This document shows, one piece after another, positions 48,590-55,878 of a DNA stretch of 64,000 nt. This DNA comes from Acidobacteriota bacterium (lineage in GTDB: Bacteria > Acidobacteriota > Thermoanaerobaculia > Multivoradales > UBA5704): the NCBI GenBank assembly GCA_040005235.1, contig JBDTZG010000017.1:33624-97623 (forward strand), given 5' to 3'. Every line of letters begins with the position of its first letter. Within the stretch, counting starts at the first letter, position 1. A program made the position numbers and the translations under genes. The notes beneath the pieces are model-generated. The model was not told the DNA's origin, searched no databases, and was given only the letters and a program-made list of their open reading frames with translations.

Positions 48590-50356
48590 ATGCTCAGATT
48601 CAAAGCTCTCGCGCTCGTTCTGCTGTGCGCTCCGTTGGCGTCGATGGCGTCGCTGACGTCAATCGCCGCCGCCCAAGGCGCGGCCCTGGCCTCTCCGACC
48701 GCTCCGCCCGACTACGACGTGATCCTCCGCGGCGGCACGATCTACGACGGAAGCGGCGGTAAACCCTACCTGGGCGACGTGGGGCTCCGCGGCGACCGGA
48801 TCGCCAAACTGGGCGACCTCAAGAAGGCGACGGCCCAAACCGTGATCGACGCCAAGGGTCTCGCCATCGCCCCCGGCTTCGTCAACATGCTCTCCTGGGC
48901 GACCGACTCGCTGCTGGTCGACGGCCGGGCGCAGAGCGACGTGCGGCAAGGCGTGACGCTCGAAGTGTTCGGCGAAGGGTGGTCGATGGGACCGATCACC
49001 CCGCAGATGCGCAAGCAGATGCTCGACGACGAGGGGGATTTGAAGTACGACATCCCCTGGACCACGCTCGGCGAGTACCTGGAGCACCTTGAGAAGAAAG
49101 GCATCGCGGAAAACGTCGCCTCGTTCGTCGGCGCCACCACTGTGCGAATCCACGAGATCGGCTACGCCGACCGGCCGCCCACGCTGGAGGAGCTGGAACG
49201 GATGAAGACGCTGGTCCGCGAGGGGATGGAAGAAGGCGCTTTGGGCCTCGGCTCCTCTCTCATCTACGCCCCGGCGTTTTACGCCAAGACCGACGAGCTG
49301 GTCGCCCTGGCCGAGGTCGCCGGCTCCTACGGCGGCAGGTACATCTCCCACATGCGCAGCGAAGGCAACCGCCTGCTCGAAGCGGTCGACGAGTTGATGG
49401 AGATCTCGAAGCGGGGCAAGCTCCCCGCCGAGATCTACCACCTGAAGGCCGCGGGCAAAAACAACTGGCCGAAGATGGACCAGGTGATCCAGAAGGTCGA
49501 AGCGGCGCGGAAGGCGGGACAAGACATCAGCGCCGACATGTACACCTACACGGCGGGCGCCACCGGCCTCGACGCCTCGATGCCCCCGTGGGTGCAGGAG
49601 GGCGGCTATGAGGCGTGGAAGAAGCGGCTCCAAGATCCGGAAATTCGCGCCAAGGTGCTCAAAGAGATGACCACTCCCTCGGACGCCTGGGAAAACCTCT
49701 TCCTCGGCGCCGGACCGGACGGCATTCTGCTTGCGGGCTTCAAAAACGACGCCTTGAAGCCGCTCACGGGAAAGACCCTCTCTGCGGTCGCCAAAGAGCG
49801 CGGCAAGAGCCCGGAAGAGACCGCGATGGACCTGGTGATCGAAGACGGCAGCCGCGTCGGCACGATCTACTTTCTGATGTCGGAAGAGAACGTGAAGAAG
49901 CAGGTGGCCCTCCCCTGGGTCGCCTTCGGCTCGGACGCGGGCGCCCCGTCGGCCGAGGGAGTGTTTCTGAAATCGAACGACCACCCGCGGGCTTACGGCA
50001 ACGTCGCCCGGCTGCTGGGAAAGTACGTCCGCGACGAGAAGGCGTTGTCGCTCGAAGAGGCGGTTCGCAAGCTCACCTCGATGCCGGCAGAACGGTTGAA
50101 GATCCGCGACCGCGGGCGCTTGAAAGAGGGATACTTCGCCGATCTCGCGGTGTTCGATCCGGCGACCGTCGCAGACGTAGCCACCTACGACAAACCGCAC
50201 CAGTACGCGACCGGCATGAAACAGGTCTTCGTCAACGGCATTCAAGTCCTCAAAGACGGCGAGCCGACGGGAGCCGCCGCCGGACGCGTCGTCCGCGGTC
50301 CGGGCTGGACCGGTTGGAAGCCCGATTCGAAGGCCACCGAGAAAGTTAAGAAATGA
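48590..50356 (+). CDS. N-acyl-D-amino-acid deacylase (amidohydrolase), exported
   Basis: GGTIYDGSG, APGFVNM, SHMRSEG, HLKAAG, HPRAYG and ADLAVFDP motifs. Confidence 0.9.
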   Translation: MLRFKALALVLLCAPLASMASLTSIAAAQGAALASPTAPPDYDVILRGGTIYDGSGGKPYLGDVGLRGDRIAKLGDLKKATAQTVIDAKGLAIAPGFVNMLSWATDSLLVDGRAQSDVRQGVTLEVFGEGWSMGPITPQMRKQMLDDEGDLKYDIPWTTLGEYLEHLEKKGIAENVASFVGATTVRIHEIGYADRPPTLEELERMKTLVREGMEEGALGLGSSLIYAPAFYAKTDELVALAEVAGSYGGRYISHMRSEGNRLLEAVDELMEISKRGKLPAEIYHLKAAGKNNWPKMDQVIQKVEAARKAGQDISADMYTYTAGATGLDASMPPWVQEGGYEAWKKRLQDPEIRAKVLKEMTTPSDAWENLFLGAGPDGILLAGFKNDALKPLTGKTLSAVAKERGKSPEETAMDLVIEDGSRVGTIYFLMSEENVKKQVALPWVAFGSDAGAPSAEGVFLKSNDHPRAYGNVARLLGKYVRDEKALSLEEAVRKLTSMPAERLKIRDRGRLKEGYFADLAVFDPATVADVATYDKPHQYATGMKQVFVNGIQVLKDGEPTGAAAGRVVRGPGWTGWKPDSKATEKVKK

Positions 50357-51009
50357 CCGAGCTCGAATCGCTCTACAAACACCGCTTCGCCGACGCCGAC
50401 CGCGCGCGGAAGGATCAACTCTGGGCGGTCCTCTGCCGCAGGTTCCTCCAACCGAGGGTCGGCGAAGGAAAAACCGTCTTGGATCTGGCCTGCGGCTTGG
50501 GCGAGTTCTCACGCCACGTCCGCGCGGCGAAGAAGTACGCGCTCGATCTAAACCCTGGCGCCGCGGCGCACCTACCGCCCGAGGTCGAATTCCACGCCGG
50601 CTACGCCGACCAGCTGAATTTCCTCCCTGACGGCAGCGTCGACACGGTCTTTACCAGCAACTTCCTCGAGCATCTGCCGGACAAGGAGGCCGTCGATCGC
50701 GTCCTCGCCGAGATCCACCGCGTGCTGCGCCCCGGCGGCCGGTTCCTTGCGATCCAGCCCAACGTCCGCTTCGCTTACGCCGAGTATTGGGACTTCTGGG
50801 ATCACTACACCGCACTCTCCGACCGCTCGGCCAACGAAGCGCTACTCCTCGCCGGATTTACGATCGACGAGATGATCCCCCGCTTCCTGCCCTTCACCAC
50901 CAAGACCGCGCTGCCCACCCATCCCGCCCTGCTCGATCTCTATCTAAGACTCCCGTTCGCCTGGCCGCTGTTCGGCAAACAATTCTTCGTCGCGGCGCGG
51001 AAGGGCTAA
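50353..51009 (+). CDS. Class I SAM-dependent methyltransferase
   Basis: VLDLACGLGEF, SNFLEHL and LRPGG motifs. Confidence 0.88.
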   Translation: MTELESLYKHRFADADRARKDQLWAVLCRRFLQPRVGEGKTVLDLACGLGEFSRHVRAAKKYALDLNPGAAAHLPPEVEFHAGYADQLNFLPDGSVDTVFTSNFLEHLPDKEAVDRVLAEIHRVLRPGGRFLAIQPNVRFAYAEYWDFWDHYTALSDRSANEALLLAGFTIDEMIPRFLPFTTKTALPTHPALLDLYLRLPFAWPLFGKQFFVAARKG

Positions 51010-51041
51010 AGGCAGGAGATCGAGCTCGGCTCCCCAAGTTC

Positions 51042-51100
51042 GCCCTCACCCCCTCGGTCCCCCTCTCCATCCGCACTCCCGCCCAACCGGGAGAGGGGGA
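51042..51100. repeat. REP-like intergenic palindrome (CCCTCACCCCC...CCCTCTCC / GGGAGAGGGG)
   Basis: CCCCTCTCC pairs with GGAGAGGGG and resembles the CCCTCACCC REP class. Confidence 0.45.
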
Positions 51101-51170
51101 AGAACAACATTTCGGTTGGGGCGCCCTTCGGTCCGGGTTATCCTCCCCTCACTTTTTCGAGGAGTACCCC

Positions 51171-52295
51171 ATGCAGCGTTCCGCCGCCCACCGGTTCGTT
51201 TTCACGCTCGCGCTCGTTGGACTTGCCGCCGCTTCGGCAGGTTGCCGCTCGGCCCGCTTCGCCTGCCCGACCGTCGGGGCGCCTCCGCAGGTCGCCGCGA
51301 CTTCCGATTGCCCGCCGCTGCGTGAGTATCCGTGGAAGAACCTGGTGTTCGAAGGGGGCGGCATCAAGGGGCTCGCCTACGGCGGCGCGCTGGAGGTGCT
51401 CTCCGATCAGAAGATCCTCCCCCAGATCGAGAGCGTAGCGGGCACGTCCGCGGGGTCGATCACCGCGATGCTCGTCGCCCTGCGCTATTCGGCGGGCGAC
51501 ATCCGCGAGTTGCTCTTCAAGCTCGATTTCAGTCAGCTCCAGGACGGCGGCTCGACCGGCATTTTCCGGCTGTTCCGGCGCTACGGCTACTATCGCGGCG
51601 ATGCCTATCTCGACCTGATGCGCTGCCTGGTGGAAGGCAAAACCGGCCAAAAGCGCGCGACGTTTCGCACCCTGCACGACCACGGTTTTCTCGACCTGCG
51701 GGTCTTCGCGAGCGACTTGAACGTCGGCAACGTGCGCGAGCTGTCGTACCGGAAGAGCCCCGATTTCGAGGTCGCGCTCGCGGTGCGGATGTCCGGTTCG
51801 TTCCCGCTCTTCTTCGCCTCGATCGAGAGCGAAAAGAAGATCTTCGTCGATGGCGGCGTGGTCCTGAACTATCCCGTGAACGCGTTCGACAGCGAACGAG
51901 GCCTGAATCCCGAAACCCTCGGCTTCGTGCTCGTCAATACCAGCACGCCGCCCCCGGTGAGGAAGATCGACGACCTCCTAACCTACGGCAAGGGGCTGTT
52001 CGAAACGCTCCTCTCCGCCCAAGTGGTCGGACTGGAGCACAACCCGGCAAACCTCGAACGGACGGCGATCCTGAACGACCTCGGAATCTCGACCCTAGAC
52101 TTCAACCTTACGCCCAAGCAGAAGAAAGACCTGATCGACCAGGGCGCCGAATGCACCTGTCTCTACCTGCGCGACTGGGCGACCTGGACCGACGCCGGGC
52201 GGCACCCGGGTCACGAAGTCCTTCTCGGCGCGGCACCCGGCACGGCGGTTGTGCCGATCCGCGAGACAGGCCACTGCGGCTCGGCGTTCCCGTAA
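51171..52295 (+). CDS. Patatin-like phospholipase, predicted lipoprotein
   Basis: FEGGGIKG, GTSAG and DGG motifs. SD GAGGAG and signal ending ASAGC. Confidence 0.88.
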   Translation: MQRSAAHRFVFTLALVGLAAASAGCRSARFACPTVGAPPQVAATSDCPPLREYPWKNLVFEGGGIKGLAYGGALEVLSDQKILPQIESVAGTSAGSITAMLVALRYSAGDIRELLFKLDFSQLQDGGSTGIFRLFRRYGYYRGDAYLDLMRCLVEGKTGQKRATFRTLHDHGFLDLRVFASDLNVGNVRELSYRKSPDFEVALAVRMSGSFPLFFASIESEKKIFVDGGVVLNYPVNAFDSERGLNPETLGFVLVNTSTPPPVRKIDDLLTYGKGLFETLLSAQVVGLEHNPANLERTAILNDLGISTLDFNLTPKQKKDLIDQGAECTCLYLRDWATWTDAGRHPGHEVLLGAAPGTAVVPIRETGHCGSAFP

Positions 52296-52307
52296 GGCTC
52301 TAGTCTT

Positions 52308-52354
52308 CCCCTTCGGGTGTGCTCGTCCTGGGACCGCCGCCGTCTCGGCGGCGT
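52308..52354 (+). repeat. REP-like element, left copy of an inverted pair
   Basis: About 45 bp, nearly identical to the reverse complement of 58314-58359. Confidence 0.8.
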
Positions 52355-52382
52355 TTTTCGTTCGATAAGGCAACCACGCCGG

Positions 52383-52580
52383 CAGGGGCGGGACGTAGTG
52401 GCATGGCGCGGGGATCGGCGCTTCGTCTTCCAATGCAAGCGCGTCCAAGACTTCTCGGCCGCGACGGGAAAGGCGGAGATCCAGAAGCTCCGAAGCCTGC
52501 CGGGCGCGGAGCAGCCGCACGTTTGGTGTTCGTGGTGACGCGGACGGTCACGGCGGAGATAAAGACGATCCTTTGCCGCC
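52383..52580 (+). pseudogene. Fragment of an Mrr-like PD-(D/E)xK restriction endonuclease domain
   Basis: QGRDVVAWRGDRRFVFQCKRVQ (D...QxK). No credible start; a frameshift near 52522 continues as LVFVVTRTV. Confidence 0.55.
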
Positions 52581-52621
52581 AGGGCCGGCAGCATACCCTC
52601 ATTTCTGCGAAGATGCGCAGT

Positions 52622-52933
52622 ATGGAACCGCTAACAGCTGGACTCATCGCGCTCGGCCTTCTAGCTCTCGTAGCCCTCGCCTACCTGGCAGTCTTTCGCA
52701 AGAAAGCCGCGATGACGATTAAAGGCCCGGGTGACATGGGACTTTCGTTCGACGGCACCAACGAGGCTGAAAGGGCAGCAGCCGGGCAGGTCACGATTGA
52801 GCGTGCGCGCGCTAAGGGCTCGATTGAAGCCGCGAACCGAACGGGCGGCGGCGCCCGCATCGCCGATGTCGAAGCGGATCAAGACATCCGCGCGACGAGC
52901 GAACCCTGCCCAAAAGCTGGTCCCCCGGCGTAG
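52622..52933 (+). CDS. Small TM protein with beta-solenoid-like pseudo-repeats, copy 1 (0-frame product)
   Basis: MEPLTAGLIALGLLALVALAYLAVFRKK TM helix. Highly similar paralog at 55535. Alternative start at 52613. Confidence 0.82.
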   Translation: MEPLTAGLIALGLLALVALAYLAVFRKKAAMTIKGPGDMGLSFDGTNEAERAAAGQVTIERARAKGSIEAANRTGGGARIADVEADQDIRATSEPCPKAGPPA

Positions 52934-52965
52934 GTTCGGGGGTCCCGACGGCGCTCCATGCCGCG
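52909..52965 (+). other. Predicted -1 programmed ribosomal frameshift signal, copy 1
   Basis: C_CCA_AAA (52909-52915) in the small-ORF frame, a 6-nt spacer, then stem CCCCCG/CGGGGG (52922-52942). The -1 frame is open into the NB-ARC ORF. Confidence 0.72.
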
Positions 52966-55482
52966 ATTCAGGGTGCAAACGTGGGGCGCGACGCGATTTC
53001 GGTCGCGATCGGAGAGGTACACGTCCACCCATTGCCCGAGTCCCTGCCGGATAATCCGGCGCCGATCCTAGGTTTTCCCTATCCCTCCCTCGGGCCGGGG
53101 TTCTATGGGCGAGAGGAGGTTCTCCTCCACCTCCGTGAGCTTCTGGTCGCGGCGACCGCGGGGCGGACGACCGCCATTGCCTGGAAGGCAGTTCATGGGC
53201 TTGGGGGTGTGGGCAAGACCCGGCTCGCCGTCGAGTATGCCTCGCGCTTCGCAGCGGAGTACTCGGTGCGCCTGTTTGTGGGCGCCGGTTCGGAGACCAA
53301 CCTACGGCGGAACCTTGCCGGAATGGCCAAAGGGCTTGGGCTGCCGGAAAGTGCAGCTCTGGAAGAGGAGGCTCGTGCGACAGCGGTCGTTTGTTGGCTG
53401 AGCCTAAACCCGGGCTGGCTACTAGTTCTCGACAGCGTGGATGACGACACGGCGTTGCAAGCAGTCCTTGCGCTGGTGGGGAGTCTGCAAGGGGGACACG
53501 TGCTCCTGACCGGTCGCCTCGATCGCTGGGGTGCGGGTATCTGGCCGGTCGAACTCGATCTGCTAACAAGAGAGGCGGCGGTCGCGTTGCTGCTTGGGCG
53601 AACGGAGGGAAGGCGACGCGCCACGAAGGTGGACCCTGGAGATGCCCAGGAGATCGCCCGCGAGCTGGGGAATCTGCCGCTCGCGCTCGAACAGGCCGGC
53701 GCGTATGTGGCCGAGAACCGGTTGACGCTTGCAAAGTACCGGGCGGAGTGGGAGTCGCAGCGCGAGGCGGTGCTCTCCTGGTTCGATCCGATCGCCAGCC
53801 ATTATCCCGCGAGCGTTGCGGTCACCTGGCAAACCTCCGTCGACCGTCTTTCACCCGCCGCCCGCCGCCTTCTGGGCCGCCTCGCCTGGCTCGGGTCGGA
53901 GCCGATTCCGGAATCACTGCTGGATGTCGAGGTACCAGACGGCGGGGAGCCAAAAGACGGTCCGGCGCCAGGCGCCGCTCTCGTAGAATCTGCGCGGTAC
54001 TCGCTCGCGACACGTTCGGCTACTGCTCCGATGTTTACCGTCCATAGGTTAGTTCAAGACGTGACCCGCCGCGGGCCGGGAGGGGAGGGGGCGTTGCGGG
54101 AAGCCCTCGGTTGGGTGAATGAGGCGTTCGTCGGCGATCCAGACGACGTTCGCACCTGGCCGGTTCTCGAACCGCTCACCCCCCACGCTCGGGCCGTCGC
54201 GCGATTCGCGGACAAATCAGGAGTTACCCATCCGACGACGCGGCTCATGAATCAAATTGGGATGTTGCTTCTGGCGAAGGCTCTCCCCGCGGAGGCGGAG
54301 CCGCTGATGCGCCGCGCCCTCGAAATCGACGAGGCCAGCTTCGGAGCCGATCATCCCATCGTCTCGATCCGCCTCAACAACCTGGCCCAACTGCTCCAAA
54401 CCACGAACCGTCTGGGGGAGGCGGAGCCGCTGATGCGCCGCGCCCTCGAAATCGACGAGGCCTGCTCCGGGGACGAGCATTCCAATGTCGCGGTCCGCCT
54501 CAACAACCTGGCCCAGCTGCTCCAGGCCACGAATCGCCTGGTGGAGGCGGAGCCGCTAATGCGCCGCGCCCTCGAAATCGACGAAGCCAGCTTTGGAACA
54601 GAACACCCCAACGTCGCGATCCGCCTCAACAACCTGGCTACACTGCTCCAAGCTACAAACCGTCTGGTAGAGGTGGAGCCGTTGATGCGCCGCGCCCTCG
54701 AAATCGACGAAGCCAGCTTCGGAGCGGAACATCCCAACGTCGCGATCCGCCTAAACAACCTGGCCCAGCTGCTCCAGGCCACAAATCGCTTGGTGGAGGC
54801 GGAGCCACTGATGCGCCGCGCCCTTGCGATCGACGAGGCTAGCTTCGGAGCGGAACATCCCAACGTCGCAATCCTCCTCAATAATCTGGCGAACCTGCTT
54901 CAGAACACGAACCGCTTGGCAGAAGCCGAACCCCTGATGCACCGCGCCCTCGCGATCGATGAGACCAGTTTCGGAGCTACACATCCGGATGTAGCGATCG
55001 ACCTCAACAACCTGGCCCAGCTGCTCCAAGCCACGAATCGCCTGCCGGAGGCGGAGCCGCTGATGCGTCGCGCCCTTGCGATCGACGAAGCCAGCTTCGG
55101 AGACGATCACCCCAACGTCGCGATTCGCCTCAGCAACCTGGCCCAGCTGTTCCAGGCCACGAATCGCCTGGCGGAGGCGGAGCCGCTGATGCGCCGCGCC
55201 CTTGCGATCGACGAGACCAGCTTCGGTGCCGATCATCCGGAGGTCGCGCGCGACCTCAATAACTTGGCCCTGCTGCTCCAGGACACAAACTGCCTTCCAG
55301 ACGCAGAGCCCCTGATACTTCGGGCGCTGACGATCGTCTTCGAGTTCCGGCGCCGCACCGGGTTTGCTCACCCCGACGAGGAGCTTTATCTCGAAAACGC
55401 CCGCGCTCTCCTCGCCATGGCGGGTCGATCCGAGACAGAGATCGAAGAAGCGGTCGCGGCGGCTTCTCCCGGGGCCAAGTAG
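52909..55482 (+). CDS. NB-ARC + TPR (NLR-like STAND) protein, copy 1; probably reached by -1 frameshift (first in-frame GTG at 52981)
   Basis: HGLGGVGKT, WLLVLDSVDD, GNLPLALEQAGAY and VHRLVQD motifs, followed by 42-aa TPR repeats. Confidence 0.88.
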   Translation, partial: PKSWSPGVGSGVPTALHAAIQGANVGRDAISVAIGEVHVHPLPESLPDNPAPILGFPYPSLGPGFYGREEVLLHLRELLVAATAGRTTAIAWKAVHGLGGVGKTRLAVEYASRFAAEYSVRLFVGAGSETNLRRNLAGMAKGLGLPESAALEEEARATAVVCWLSLNPGWLLVLDSVDDDTALQAVLALVGSLQGGHVLLTGRLDRWGAGIWPVELDLLTREAAVALLLGRTEGRRRATKVDPGDAQEIARELGNLPLALEQAGAYVAENRLTLAKYRAEWESQREAVLSWFDPIASHYPASVAVTWQTSVDRLSPAARRLLGRLAWLGSEPIPESLLDVEVPDGGEPKDGPAPGAALVESARYSLATRSATAPMFTVHRLVQDVTRRGPGGEGALREALGWVNEAFVGDPDDVRTWPVLEPLTPHARAVARFADKSGVTHPTTRLMNQIGMLLLAKALPAEAEPLMRRALEIDEASFGADHPIVSIRLNNLAQLLQTTNRLGEAEPLMRRALEIDEACSGDEHSNVAVRLNNLAQLLQATNRLVEAEPLMRRALEIDEASFGTEHPNVAIRLNNLATLLQATNRLVEVEPLMRRALEIDEASFGAEHPNVAIRLNNLAQLLQATNRLVEAEPLMRRALAIDEASFGAEHPNVAILLNNLANLLQNTNRLAEAEPLMHRALAIDETSFGATHPDVAIDLNNLAQLLQATNRLPEAEPLMRRALAIDEASFGDDHPNVAIRLSNLAQLFQATNRLAEAEPLMRRALAIDETSFGADHPEVARDLNNLALLLQDTNCLPDAEPLILRALTIVFEFRRRTGFAHPDEELYLENARALLAMAGRSETEIEEAVAAASPGAK
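54289..55330 (+). repeat. 126-bp tandem repeats encoding 42-aa TPRs (9 AEPL-type helices)
   Basis: Recurring GAGGCGGAGCCGCTGATGCGCCGCGCCCTC every 126 bp. Confidence 0.92.
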
Positions 55483-55534
55483 TTTGACTCCGGGGAGGCG
55501 GCGCAACCTCCTCATTTCTGCGAAAATGCGCGGC

Positions 55535-55846
55535 ATGGAACCACAGACAGCTGGACTCGTTGCCCTCGGCGTTCTAGCGCTCGTGGCCCTCGCCTACCTC
55601 GCCGTCTTTCGCAAGAAAGCCAAGGTGACGATTAAAGGCCCGGGTGACATGGGGCTTTCGTTCGAGGGCACCAACGAAACGGAGAGGGCCGCCGCCGGGC
55701 TTGTCACGATTGAGCGTGCCCGTGCCAGGGGCTCGATTGAAGCCACGAACCGAACGGGCGGCGACGCCCGCATTGCCGACGCCGAAGCGGATCAAGATAT
55801 CCGCGCGACGAGCGAACCCAGCCCAAAAGCTGGCCCCCCGGCGTAG
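55535..55846 (+). CDS. Small TM protein with beta-solenoid-like pseudo-repeats, copy 2
   Basis: MEPQTAGLVALGVLALVALAYLAVFRKK...SEPSPKAGPPA, a paralog of 52622..52933. Confidence 0.82.
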   Translation: MEPQTAGLVALGVLALVALAYLAVFRKKAKVTIKGPGDMGLSFEGTNETERAAAGLVTIERARARGSIEATNRTGGDARIADAEADQDIRATSEPSPKAGPPA

Positions 55847-55878
55847 GTTCGGGGGCTCCGGTGGCGATCAGCGCCACA
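55822..55878 (+). other. Predicted -1 programmed ribosomal frameshift signal, copy 2
   Basis: C_CCA_AAA (55822-55828), a 6-nt spacer, stem CCCCCG/CGGGGG (55835-55855) and a second hairpin GTGGCG/CGCCAC. Confidence 0.72.

Noticed and set aside
51171-52295. Patatin as part of a CBASS operon
   Set aside because: No CD-NTase is nearby, and the protein has a lipoprotein signal.
52933-52981. Frame offset between the small ORF and the NLR as a sequencing error
   Set aside because: The same offset, stop codon, heptamer and hairpin occur in both diverged copies.
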